DNA of 64,000 nt, taken from the NCBI GenBank assembly GCA_963816625.1, contig CAWFLC010000002.1, positions 246,779 to 310,778 of the forward strand, given 5' to 3'. The translations under genes and the position numbers were made by a program. The notes under the pieces are model-generated. The model saw only the letters and a list, made by a program, of their open reading frames with translations, was not told the origin of the DNA and made no database searches. The stretch is from an uncultured Actinomycetota bacterium (lineage in GTDB: Bacteria > Actinomycetota > Actinomycetes > Mycobacteriales > Micromonosporaceae). Positions 45,916-55,301 of this stretch are shown one piece after another. Position 1 is the first letter of the stretch; each line of letters opens with the position of its first letter.

Positions 45916-46596
45916 GTGAACGACTTGGTCGACACCACAGAGATGTACCTCAAAACCATCCTTGAGCTCGAAGAAGAGGGTGTGGTGCCGAAGCGCGCCC
46001 GGATCGCGGAGCGGCTGCACCAAAGCGGCCCCACGGTCAGCCAGACGGTGGCGCGCATGGAGCGTGACGGCCTGGTCACGGTCGAGGGCGACCGGCATCT
46101 CGCCCTCACCGAGCTCGGCCGGGTGCAGGCCATCGGCGTGATGCGCAAGCACCGCCTCGCCGAGTTGCTGCTGGTCAACGTGATCGGGCTGCCCTACGAG
46201 GAGGCGCACGAAGAGGCCTGCCGGTGGGAGCACGTGATGAGCGAGGCGGTGGAGCAGAAGGTCTACGAGCTGCTCGGCCGGCCGACCCGCTCGCCCTACG
46301 GCAACCCCATCCCCGGCCTGGCCGAACTCGACCATGACCCGGCGCAGAGCGAGGCAACCGAGGGCGAGCGCAACCTGGCGTTCCCCGGCCTGGCCGGTTC
46401 GGTCGTGGTCAGCCGGATCTGCGAGAGCGTGCAGACCGACGCCGACGTGCTGCGGCAACTCCACGTGGCCGGCATCGACCCGGGCGTGACGGTGTCCGTG
46501 GCGCAGGAGCGCGACGGCGTGCGCATCGACCTGGGCGATGAGCGGATCAGCCTGCCCCGTGAAGTCGCCTCACGAGTGTTCGTCGCGGCGCGCTAG
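45916..46596 (+). CDS. ideR: Iron-dependent repressor of the IdeR/DtxR family
   Basis: LVDTTEMYL, QSGPTVSQTVARMERDG, MRKHRLAE, EACRWEH, SPYGNPIPG. Confidence 0.93.
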   Translation: MNDLVDTTEMYLKTILELEEEGVVPKRARIAERLHQSGPTVSQTVARMERDGLVTVEGDRHLALTELGRVQAIGVMRKHRLAELLLVNVIGLPYEEAHEEACRWEHVMSEAVEQKVYELLGRPTRSPYGNPIPGLAELDHDPAQSEATEGERNLAFPGLAGSVVVSRICESVQTDADVLRQLHVAGIDPGVTVSVAQERDGVRIDLGDERISLPREVASRVFVAAR

Positions 46597-46625
46597 GGGC
46601 CGGCTCGGCGTAGGGTCCGCCTCGG

Positions 46626-47417
46626 TTACTGCGCGGCGAGGACGTCGACGACGAAGCGCAGCGGACCGGTCGGGCTCCCGCTGCCGTTGTCGGTGTCGCC
46701 GTAGGCGAGGGTCGACGGGATGTCCAGCTGCACCCGGCTACCCACCTTGACCCCGACGAGGCCTTGGTTCCAGCCCTGGATCACCTGGCCGCCGAGCTGG
46801 AAGTCGAAGGTCTGCGACCGCTTCCACGACGAGTCGAACTCCTCGCCGGTCGGATACTTCACGCCGACGTAGTTGACCGTGAGCGTCTGCCCGTTGGCCA
46901 CCGCCGGGCCGGTGCCCTGGATGATCGGCGTGACGACCAGCTTGGTCACGGCGCCGGTGCCGGCCTTCACCTCGGGCTTGGTCTTGAGCGCCGGATCCGC
47001 GCCGGCCGGCACGGGCGGGAAGTCGGCGGCCGTGGCGGCCGATGGCGCCGTCGACGCGGAGGTGGCCGGGGTGCTCTTCTTCGTCTTCCAGTTCAGCCCG
47101 AGGAACACGGCCGCGATGATGCCGAGGATCAGCACAACGGTGACCAGATAGCCGCCGATCCGACGCCGCCGGGCCGCCGCGGCCCGCTTCGCCGCCGCCT
47201 GCTTGGCCAGCGCACGCTTCTCCGGCTTGGTGAGCGGGGCCGGCTCGCTGTTGCGGCCGCCCTTGTTGGCCGGGACGACCTTCTTCGCGGGGCCCGCCTT
47301 CTTCGCGACGACCTTCTTGGCGGGCGTGGCCTCGTCGCTCTGCACGGGATCGCTCGTCACGTCGTCGCTTTCCACGGCATCGCTCTCCCGCTGATCGCCC
47401 TGGACCCCATTGCTCAT
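46626..47417 (-). CDS. Membrane-anchored FKBP-type peptidyl-prolyl isomerase
   Basis: TM helix; VNYVG, FDSSW, VIQGW, IPSTLAYG, LRFVVD. Confidence 0.92.
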   Translation of the reverse strand: MSNGVQGDQRESDAVESDDVTSDPVQSDEATPAKKVVAKKAGPAKKVVPANKGGRNSEPAPLTKPEKRALAKQAAAKRAAAARRRRIGGYLVTVVLILGIIAAVFLGLNWKTKKSTPATSASTAPSAATAADFPPVPAGADPALKTKPEVKAGTGAVTKLVVTPIIQGTGPAVANGQTLTVNYVGVKYPTGEEFDSSWKRSQTFDFQLGGQVIQGWNQGLVGVKVGSRVQLDIPSTLAYGDTDNGSGSPTGPLRFVVDVLAAQ

Positions 47418-47625
47418 CGAACCGGACTCCCTGCTCAGTCACTTGTCGGATCGGCACATCGCGACAACTGTAGGTCACCCACCTGTGTGACGAATGTCCC
47501 CGGGTCGGCCTTCGGCCTTTTTATTACCCGATGACTCGGGCCCGCCGAGCGCACGACCGTCGCTCCCGCCAGACACCGCTCGTCGCTGCGCTCCTCGCTG
47601 CCAGGCCCGCGTCCCCAAGCCCGCC

Positions 47626-47821
47626 GCCACAACTTCGGGGAAACAGTGGCCTCAGAGGGGTCGGGAGGCCACAACTTCGGGGAAGTAGTGGCCTCGGCAG
47701 TGCCCGGAGGGCACTACTTCGGGGAAACAGTGGCCTCCGCGGGGCCGGGAGGGCACTACTTCGGGGAAGTTGTGGCCTCCGCGGGGTCGGGAGGGCACTA
47801 CTTCGGGGGAACAGTGGCCTC
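47626..47821. repeat. REP-like palindrome array C (5 units, exact 42-bp period)
   Basis: CAC cores at 47628, 47670, 47712, 47754, 47796. Confidence 0.95.
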
Positions 47822-47828
47822 CGGGGGT

Positions 47829-48383
47829 TTACAGGCTGCTCAGGTCGACCTTTTTGGCCAGGTCGACCAGTTTCGGGAGGGCCGACTGGGCCTGCTCCGG
47901 GGTCGACTGCTTGGTCAGGTGCAGGCGGAGGTCGATGATGCGGCTGTTGCCGGCGAGCCAGCCGACCTCCACGCCCGGTCCGGTATCCGCCTCGGCCGGA
48001 AGCATGAGGCTGAAGCCGACCTTGCCGATCCCGGCCACCGGGACCGCGCCCTTCGGCTGGACGGTCGCCGTGTAGACGCTCGCGTCGGCCGTGGTCGCGG
48101 TGACGGCGAGCAGCAGATCGGGCCGGCTGGCGCCGTGGCCCTGGGTGACGCAGGTGTACGTCGTACCCTGCTGGCCGGCGGCCGCGATCGAGAAGGTCAG
48201 CCCGAGCGAGGTCTTGATCATGTCCCAGTCGAGCAGCTGACAGGCGCCCCCGGCGGCCGCGGCGGGCGCCACCGTGATCGGGTGGGGCGCCGGTGCCGCC
48301 CGGTTGGCGCTGGCCGACTCGTCCGTGCAGGCGGCGGTCGTCAGAAGCGCCGCCGCGAAGGTCAGCGCCGCGATACGCCTCAA
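47829..48383 (-). CDS. Hypothetical lipoprotein
   Basis: MRRIAALT...TAAC lipobox; GGACQLL motif. Confidence 0.7.
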   Translation of the reverse strand: MRRIAALTFAAALLTTAACTDESASANRAAPAPHPITVAPAAAAGGACQLLDWDMIKTSLGLTFSIAAAGQQGTTYTCVTQGHGASRPDLLLAVTATTADASVYTATVQPKGAVPVAGIGKVGFSLMLPAEADTGPGVEVGWLAGNSRIIDLRLHLTKQSTPEQAQSALPKLVDLAKKVDLSSL

Positions 48384-48456
48384 CCGACCCTCCGGAAAGT
48401 ACCGAATCCACGCAGCGACGGCTCACCGTAAACCGTGACGACGCGGAACGGAATAC

Positions 48457-49632
48457 TCAAATGGCCGCGGCGATGTGCTTCGCGATCTCCAGCGAGCTGG
48501 TCGCCGCCGGTGACGGTGCGTTGAGCACGTGCACCTGCCGGCCTTCGGTCACGATCAGGAAGTCGTCCACCAGGTCGCCGCGGGGCGTGATGGCCTGCGC
48601 CCGCACGCCGGCCGCGGCCGGCACCAGGTCGGCCGCGGTGACCTCGGGGACCAGCCGGGCCAGGCTCTCGGCGAAGAGCGGCCGCGACAGCGAGCGGCGG
48701 ACCTCGGTCACGCCGTACCCGAGATGCTTGCGGGCCAGGTGCCACAGGCCCGGGTAGCTGAGGGCGCTGGCGACGTCGCGCGGGCGGATCTTGCCCCACG
48801 AGTAGCCCTCCCGGGCCAGCGCAAGGACGGCGTTGGGGCCGGCGTGGACGCTACCGTCGACCATCTTGGTCAGATGCACGCCGAGGAACGGGAACTGCGG
48901 GTCGGGCACCGGGTAGATCAGCCCGTTGACCAGGTCGCGACGGTCCGGGCGGAGCTCAAAGTATTCACCCCGGAAGGGGATGATCCGGGCCGGCGGCCGG
49001 ATGCCGGCCATGCGGGCGACCCGGTCGGCCTGCAGGCCGGCGCAGTTGACGAGCGCGTCGCCGACGAAGTCGCCGGCCGTGGTGCGGACCATGATCTCGC
49101 GGCCACGGGTCAGGATGCCGGTCACCCGGGTGCCGGTGAGCATCCGCGCGCCGGTCTTCTCCAGCAGTTCGGCCAGCTTCGCGCAGACCCGGGCGTAGTC
49201 GACGATGCCGGTCGACGCGACGTGGATCGCCTCGACGGCGGCCACGTGCGGCTCGTAGTCGCGGGCCTCACCCGGGCCGATCAGCCGGACCGGCAGGCCG
49301 TTGGCGCTGGCTCGCTCGAAGAGGGCGTGCAGGCGGGGCTGCTCGTCGCGGTGGGTGGCGACGATGAGCTTGCCGCAGACCTCGTACGGGATGCCGTACT
49401 GCTCGCAGAAGCGCACCATCGAGGCGCTGCCGGCCTTGCAGAGGGTGGCCTTGAGGCTGCCCGGCTTGTAGTAGACGCCTGCGTGGATGACGCCGGAGTT
49501 GTGGCCGGTCTGGTGCGCGCCCCAGGTCGACTCCTTCTCGACGACGGTGACCGACGCGTCGGGATGGTCTTCGACCAGCCGCTGCGCCGTGGCGAGCCCG
49601 ACGATGCCGCCGCCGATCACGATGTACCGCAC
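48457..49632 (-). CDS. lhgO: L-2-hydroxyglutarate oxidase family FAD oxidoreductase
   Basis: IGGGIVGLA, QTGHNSGVIHAG, PFRGEY, YPVPDP, GVRAQA, NAPSPAAT. Confidence 0.9.
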   Translation of the reverse strand: MRYIVIGGGIVGLATAQRLVEDHPDASVTVVEKESTWGAHQTGHNSGVIHAGVYYKPGSLKATLCKAGSASMVRFCEQYGIPYEVCGKLIVATHRDEQPRLHALFERASANGLPVRLIGPGEARDYEPHVAAVEAIHVASTGIVDYARVCAKLAELLEKTGARMLTGTRVTGILTRGREIMVRTTAGDFVGDALVNCAGLQADRVARMAGIRPPARIIPFRGEYFELRPDRRDLVNGLIYPVPDPQFPFLGVHLTKMVDGSVHAGPNAVLALAREGYSWGKIRPRDVASALSYPGLWHLARKHLGYGVTEVRRSLSRPLFAESLARLVPEVTAADLVPAAAGVRAQAITPRGDLVDDFLIVTEGRQVHVLNAPSPAATSSLEIAKHIAAAI

Positions 49633-49636
49633 GAGA

Positions 49637-51472
49637 TCAGCGTACCGGCGCCGACAGCAGGACCTTGTCCGGATACTCGGCGGCCAACCGCTGCGCGATG
49701 TCGGTGTTTGACGGTCCGTTCGGACCGGCGAGGGAGTGTACTGACGGGTCGGACACGAGCAGCCGGACCGGTGCCCGGGCGGCCCGTACGACCTTCGCCA
49801 CGTCTTCGTACGTCCGGTACGACGCCGACGGCGACAGCAGGGTGGACCAGGGCGCTCCGGCCGGTACGTCGCGCCGCAGCGCGGCGGCACAGGTGGTGGC
49901 GAAGTAGTTCGCGTACCGCGAGTGCATGAGGTCCACGACGATCGGCCCGGTCGGGTACTGCTCGGCGATCGCCACGGTGTCCCGGCCCGCGTCGGGGCTG
50001 CCCTTCTCGACGAGGAGCACGACGTGCAGGCCGTAGCTGCCGGGTTTGGTGTGGTACGTGCCGCCGAAGCCGGCCAGGAGCACGCAGACGGCCGCGGCGG
50101 CCAGCGCGTACCGGAGGAACGGCACCGGCCGGATCAGGCGTACCACAGTACCCAGCGACACCAGGGACACCACCACGAGCAGGTGCAGCAACTTCTCGAA
50201 GTAGTAGACGGTATGGCCGATCGCGACGAGCTGGTACGCGGCGAGAATGCCGTCTGCGGCCAGTACCAGGGCAAGGAAAAGGCCCAGGGTGCGACTGGCC
50301 GGACCGCGCCGGGCGACCACGCCCACGATGGCCGCCGCGACCAGGACCACCAGTACCGGCCGGTCGACCACGAACGCGGTGCCCTTGAGTAGCAGCACGC
50401 CGCCGTGGTTGGCGCCCGGGTTGGACAGCGGCGTGATGATCATGAGTGGCAGGCAGACCAGCGCCATGAGCAGCCACCAGCGCAGCTGCCGGCGGCGGTC
50501 GATCGCCCAGGCGAGCGCGACGAGGCCGGCAGCCGGCAGGTACAGGTAGTACGTGAAGGAGAGCCCGACGAGCAGCGCCGACACGGTCAGGACCTGCTCG
50601 CCGGTGCGGTGTAACGGGCGGGCCAGCACCGCGGCGAGGATCGCGACAAGACCGAGGCCGATCAGCTCGTTCGGAAAGTCGCGCAGCAGGACGGACAGCA
50701 GGTCGCCGAAGATCAGGTACGCGGCGACGGGCACGAGCACCAGCAGCAGAGCACGCCAGGCGACGCCCGGTCCGGCGACCCGGCGCACCGCCCACAGCAC
50801 GGCGAGCGCCAGGAACGAGAACGAGCCGACCTCGCACCAGATGAACCAGTCCAGCGCGCCGACCGGGTCGGTGCCGGTACCGGCGAAGCGGCCGAGCAGC
50901 GCGTACAGGAAGTGCGTGCCCTGCGGGTACGTGAGGATGCCCACGTCCGGCATGACCGTCTTGGCCGCCTCGATGTGCATGAAGGCGTAGCCGTTGACGT
51001 AGCGGATCGCGTCGTACAGGCCGTAGTGGCGGGTGAGGTCCTCCCCCGTGGCCATGAGGCCGAGCCGTCCGGCCTGGTCCCGCACCGCGAACGGCACCGC
51101 GACGAGGGCGGTCACGGCCAGCCAGGCGGCCACGACCAGGGCATCGCGCCGGCCGCCCAGCCGCGGCCAGGCAATGCCCCGCCACCAGCCGAGCACTACC
51201 AGTACCGTCAAGAAAGAGCCGGCGATCAGCACCGGATTGAGTCCCCAGGGCCACCACGAGATCAGCAGGCCACCGACGCACAGCGCGCCGAAGAGCTGGC
51301 CGAGGGCGACGACCACCCGATCGAGGAGCGTCGTGGCGCCCCGCTGGACGAGCACCAGTGCCGCCACGATGACCAGCGGGAGGATCGCGTCGAGCCCGAC
51401 GGCGTGCGTGCCCAGTGGGATCAACCACGCCAGCGCGAGTCCGATCAAAAACCTACGGGCGGTAAGCGCCAC
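49637..51472 (-). CDS. Polytopic membrane protein, possibly a GT-C-fold glycosyltransferase
   Basis: Many TM helices; loop ED..RH...YPQGTH; C-terminal soluble domain. Confidence 0.6.
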   Translation of the reverse strand: MALTARRFLIGLALAWLIPLGTHAVGLDAILPLVIVAALVLVQRGATTLLDRVVVALGQLFGALCVGGLLISWWPWGLNPVLIAGSFLTVLVVLGWWRGIAWPRLGGRRDALVVAAWLAVTALVAVPFAVRDQAGRLGLMATGEDLTRHYGLYDAIRYVNGYAFMHIEAAKTVMPDVGILTYPQGTHFLYALLGRFAGTGTDPVGALDWFIWCEVGSFSFLALAVLWAVRRVAGPGVAWRALLLVLVPVAAYLIFGDLLSVLLRDFPNELIGLGLVAILAAVLARPLHRTGEQVLTVSALLVGLSFTYYLYLPAAGLVALAWAIDRRRQLRWWLLMALVCLPLMIITPLSNPGANHGGVLLLKGTAFVVDRPVLVVLVAAAIVGVVARRGPASRTLGLFLALVLAADGILAAYQLVAIGHTVYYFEKLLHLLVVVSLVSLGTVVRLIRPVPFLRYALAAAAVCVLLAGFGGTYHTKPGSYGLHVVLLVEKGSPDAGRDTVAIAEQYPTGPIVVDLMHSRYANYFATTCAAALRRDVPAGAPWSTLLSPSASYRTYEDVAKVVRAARAPVRLLVSDPSVHSLAGPNGPSNTDIAQRLAAEYPDKVLLSAPVR

Positions 51473-51571
51473 CGTGCTCCTCCACGCGAGACCGCCCGAC
51501 CTTAGCAGTTGGGCGTGTCGTGCTAGCGTGGGCCCGAATCGCAGCCCTTACCTGCCTGGAGTGCGCTGACC

Positions 51572-52675
51572 GTGAGTGAAGTCGATGCCCAGCACGACAC
51601 CGCTTCCCACGAGGCTTCCCATGAGGCATTGGCCGCGCTGCGTGACGACGTCCACGCGCTCGACGTCGAGGACGAGGTCGCCCCACCGAAACCGGCCTGG
51701 CGGGCGCGGGTGCTCACCGGCGTGCGGATCGTCGCCGCGCTCGGCATCGTCTTCTACCTGATCAACACCACCGTCAACCAGTGGTCTGAGGTTCGCGGCG
51801 TCTTCCACGAGCTCTCTTGGCCGGCCCTGATCCTGTCGTTCCTCGCGGTGCTGATCGGCATCGGCTGCAACATGATGGCCTGGCGCGCCGCGGCCGCCGA
51901 CGTCGATCACCGGCTGCCGGTCCGCACCGCGGCACCGATCATGCTGGTCGGGCAGCTCGGCAAGTACCTTCCGGGCAGCGTTTGGGCCTACGTGGTGCAG
52001 GCCGACCTGGCCCGGCGGGCCGGGGTACCGCGGGCGCGGGCGTTTGTCGCGTCACTGGTCAGCACCGGGATCGGCATCACCATCGGGCTGCTGATCGGCA
52101 CGATCGGGCTGCCGACCGCCCTGGAGGGCGCGAAGGACGACGCGCACGGCGTGGTCGGCCGGATCGCCTTCATCGCCGCGCTGGTCGCGCTGCCGTTCGC
52201 GCTCGTCTGCGCCTACCCGAGGGTGCTCACCCGGTTGATGCAGTTCGTGCTCAGAATCCTGCGCCGACCGCCGCTCGACCGGCCGCTGTCGTGGCACGGG
52301 GTGGTGGGCCCGGGGGTGTGGTCGGCGTTCGCATACGGGCTGATCGGCACCCACCTCTGGTTCATCGCGCACGGGACGGCGCCCGGATTCGGCGGCTGGC
52401 TGCGCTGCATCGGCGTGATGGCCCTCGCGATGAGCGTGAGCGTGTTCGTGGTGATCGCGCCGTCGGGCATCGGCGTGCGCGAGTTCCTCATCACGATCGC
52501 GCTCGGCGGCGGCGGGACGGCGCTCGGCATCGCGCTCGCCTCGCGCCTGCTGTTCACGATCGCCGACGTCGTCGCGGCCGGCGTGGCGGCGGCGGTCGGC
52601 CTGCACCGCCTGAAGCTGCCCCCGACGGCCGACCTGCCGACCGACGCGACGAGCACTACCCCCGCCGGGCCGTAG
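51572..52675 (+). CDS. Lysylphosphatidylglycerol-synthase-like TM (flippase-like) protein
   Basis: GQLGKYLPG, APSGIGVRE, SRLL. Confidence 0.82.
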   Translation: MSEVDAQHDTASHEASHEALAALRDDVHALDVEDEVAPPKPAWRARVLTGVRIVAALGIVFYLINTTVNQWSEVRGVFHELSWPALILSFLAVLIGIGCNMMAWRAAAADVDHRLPVRTAAPIMLVGQLGKYLPGSVWAYVVQADLARRAGVPRARAFVASLVSTGIGITIGLLIGTIGLPTALEGAKDDAHGVVGRIAFIAALVALPFALVCAYPRVLTRLMQFVLRILRRPPLDRPLSWHGVVGPGVWSAFAYGLIGTHLWFIAHGTAPGFGGWLRCIGVMALAMSVSVFVVIAPSGIGVREFLITIALGGGGTALGIALASRLLFTIADVVAAGVAAAVGLHRLKLPPTADLPTDATSTTPAGP

Positions 52676-53423
52676 CGCCGCTCAGGAACTCCTCCCACGT
52701 CTGCTTGCCGTCGGCCTGCTGCGGGCACGTCCCGTTGCCGTCGCGCAGGCCCCGCCCGAACCGACCGGGAACCCAGACCGGAAGCAGCAGCCGCCGGCGA
52801 CCAGTGCGCTGCAGGTATGCGCGGAACAGGTCGGCCATCGGCCGTACCTCGGGGCCGCCCATGTCGGGTGCGCGCCCCTGCACCGGCTCGGCCTCGGCCA
52901 GGTCCGCCACCCGGACCGCGACCTCGTCGACCGCGACCGGCTGCATCGAGGTACGCGCGGGCACCGGCACGACCGGCGACTTCACCAGTGCTCCGGCGAT
53001 GGTGTTCAGCAGGTCGTAGAACTGGGTCGCGCGGAAGACCGTCCACCGCTTCGCCGTACGCGCGACGAGCTGCTCGACCTCCCACTTGACCTGGAAGTAG
53101 CCCCAGGGCAGCCGGTCGACACCGACGATCGACACGAACAGGACGTGCGCGTCGCCGGCCACCGCGAGCAGGTTGCGGGTCGACTCGACGTCGCCCTTGC
53201 CGGCCTTTTTCGTGTTGCTCGCCGCGTGGACGATGACGTCGACGCCGTCCGTGGCCGCGGCCAGGCCCGTACCGTTCTCCAGCGATCCGGTGAACCAGGT
53301 GACGCCCGCCTCCGGCTCGTGCGGGCGGCGGCTCAGCGCGCGGACGTCGTGGCCGCGGGCTCTCAGTTCGTCGACGACGAGCCGGCCGAGGGTGCCGGTC
53401 GCGCCGGTGACCAGGATGACCAT
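52656..53423 (-). CDS. NAD(P)H-binding atypical SDR oxidoreductase
   Basis: VTGATGTLG, SIVGVD, FRATQF, GGPE. Confidence 0.88.
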   Translation of the reverse strand: MVILVTGATGTLGRLVVDELRARGHDVRALSRRPHEPEAGVTWFTGSLENGTGLAAATDGVDVIVHAASNTKKAGKGDVESTRNLLAVAGDAHVLFVSIVGVDRLPWGYFQVKWEVEQLVARTAKRWTVFRATQFYDLLNTIAGALVKSPVVPVPARTSMQPVAVDEVAVRVADLAEAEPVQGRAPDMGGPEVRPMADLFRAYLQRTGRRRLLLPVWVPGRFGRGLRDGNGTCPQQADGKQTWEEFLSGATARRG

Positions 53424-53502
53424 GGATCCCACCTCCAGAAAGGACGATGTCTTTGGACGTGGACTCCGCAGCGCGCAGAATTGTGACAACCCGTGGCCGC
53501 GG

Positions 53503-54192
53503 TCACGTCTCGAAGAACAGCGTCGGGTTCGCGCGTCCGGACCGGATCGGAGCGGACATTCGAAGCTTGCGCTTGTGGTCGACCAGCCGCTCGTGCGTGT
53601 CCGGGTCGGCCCAGCGCGAGGCGGTCAGCGACGCGATGCCCCGCGCCGCCAGCCACCGCCGCACCTCCCACCGATCCCGGACGCTGCCGCGCACCGCGAC
53701 CGGCGTTCCCGGGGCGAGCCACGGCAGCAGCCGCCGTACGCACCAGCGCCCGACGCCCGGCGCGTCGACGAGCAGGAAGCCCGGCTTCGGCGGCAGCCGA
53801 TCCATCCGCAGCCGCGCGTCGCCCGGCGTGAAGATCCACCGGTGACCGGAAAGCTCCTCCGGCACCGTCCGCGTCGCGTCGTCGGTCCGGTCGAAGCTGT
53901 GCAGGCGCCCCGCACCGTTGTCGCGCAACGCCCGCAGGATCCAGCTCGTCGACCAGCCCGGCCCGGCCCCGATCTCCACCACGGCCGCCGGTCGCGCCGC
54001 CCGCAGCACCAGATAGATCAGTTCCGCCTCGATGTCATCAAGACCTTTCCCTTGGTACTGCGGGAGCGACTCCCGCTGTTCCTCACGGGCTTCGCGGAGC
54101 GTCCCCGCATGGAGACGGTACAGCCGCAGCACGGTTTCCAGGTCGGTCAGGTTGGCCCGGTTGACGGCTCTGGCTCGCCGCAGCCCGATCAT
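53503..54192 (-). CDS. Class I SAM-dependent methyltransferase (Methyltransf_24-like)
   Basis: DDIEAELIY, VVEIGAGPGWST, HSFD; ATGA coupling to the hydrolase. Confidence 0.75.
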   Translation of the reverse strand: MIGLRRARAVNRANLTDLETVLRLYRLHAGTLREAREEQRESLPQYQGKGLDDIEAELIYLVLRAARPAAVVEIGAGPGWSTSWILRALRDNGAGRLHSFDRTDDATRTVPEELSGHRWIFTPGDARLRMDRLPPKPGFLLVDAPGVGRWCVRRLLPWLAPGTPVAVRGSVRDRWEVRRWLAARGIASLTASRWADPDTHERLVDHKRKLRMSAPIRSGRANPTLFFET

Positions 54193-55043
54193 GCCCGAAG
54201 TCCCAGAACGTCGCCGGTGGCCGCGATGCTCGCCATCGCCGCCAATGAGCCGGTACCGGAGACGAAGTAGCTGTCGTGGTTGGCCACCCCGTCGACCGGC
54301 AACGGCAGCGCGCCGAACGCCGGGTCGGCCGGCCGCGTGCCGTGGCCGAGGCCGAAGATGCGCACGCCGGGGATCCACTTCGTCCAGTCGCCCTTGGCCG
54401 TACCGGCCCAGACCCGCGCGCTGGTGTGCAGGTCGGCGCGCGAGTGCACGCCCATGCCCGGGCTGCCGATCGCGATGATGTCGTGGACGTTGGGGCCGAG
54501 CCTCGGCGCGGCCAGCCCGGCGACGACCGAGCCGTAGCTGTGGCCGATGACCGTGACCGCCGCCGACGGGTGGGCGGCCGTCAACGTGTCCACAAAGGAC
54601 ACCAGCGCCGCCGCACCGGCCGCCGCCCGGTCTTCCCGCACGGCGGCCACCCCGACGCCCTCCGGCGGGTCGTACCCGAGCCAGGCCACGACCGCGACCG
54701 GCCCGCGGGTGTTGGCCGTCATCTGGCCGTACAACTGGCGGGCCGCGAATGCGGGGGCTCGGCGCTCGACGTGGCCGAGACCGTCGTCGAAGTTGGCGAG
54801 GGTGGTGTCGACACCGGGGATCACGATCGCGATGCGAGTGGCGTGGGCGAGGTCGCCGACCGCCTCGACGACGCGGCCGTCGCCGCGCGTGTCGTACTCG
54901 AGGAACTGCCGCCCGTCGACGGCCGTGAACGCGACCGCCGGTGCGGGCGTCGTGGCCGGTGCGGGCGTCGTGGCCGGCGCCACTGTCGGGCCGAGCAGGT
55001 ACACGGCGGCCATTGCGATCGGCAGAGCGAGCAGGCGGTACAT
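54189..55043 (-). CDS. Secreted alpha/beta hydrolase (DUF1023/Abhydrolase_8-like)
   Basis: Signal peptide; GDL..A, VAWLGYDPP, GHSYG, GSPG, HDSY. Confidence 0.88.
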   Translation of the reverse strand: MYRLLALPIAMAAVYLLGPTVAPATTPAPATTPAPAVAFTAVDGRQFLEYDTRGDGRVVEAVGDLAHATRIAIVIPGVDTTLANFDDGLGHVERRAPAFAARQLYGQMTANTRGPVAVVAWLGYDPPEGVGVAAVREDRAAAGAAALVSFVDTLTAAHPSAAVTVIGHSYGSVVAGLAAPRLGPNVHDIIAIGSPGMGVHSRADLHTSARVWAGTAKGDWTKWIPGVRIFGLGHGTRPADPAFGALPLPVDGVANHDSYFVSGTGSLAAMASIAATGDVLGLRA

Positions 55044-55137
55044 GACGCCTCCACTTCGGACAGTTCATCGCTGACTGCCGCGAAGTTATGGGCGCGAATA
55101 CCCCGAGATCGTCGTACCGTGGTGCTCTGTTTGCGCT

Positions 55138-55301
55138 AGTCCCCGGGTATGAGGCCACGTCGAGCCGAGGCGGGATCCAGGCGGCGATCCGGCCAGTCGG
55201 ACGTGGGGCCGCATACCGGTGTTGTATGCGGCCCCACGTCCGGCGCCGCCGGTCGTCGTCTGGGCCCGCCGCAGGCCGGCGTGGCCTCATACCCGGGGAC
55301 T
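55138..55301. repeat. 164-bp imperfect inverted repeat (long hairpin)
   Basis: Perfect 22-bp outer arms AGTCCCCGGGTATGAGGCCACG and 19-bp inner arms CGGACGTGGGGCCGCATAC; partial pairing between them. Confidence 0.88.

Noticed and set aside
47626-47821. CRISPR array (~29-bp palindromic repeat plus spacers)
   Set aside because: Spacers are only ~13 nt and resemble each other, repeats are degenerate, similar arrays are scattered at gene ends, and there are no cas genes or leader.
53503-55290. 595-aa ORF suggesting a hydrolase-methyltransferase fusion
   Set aside because: The upstream part is out of frame with the hydrolase; the methyltransferase starts at the ATGA overlap (54192).
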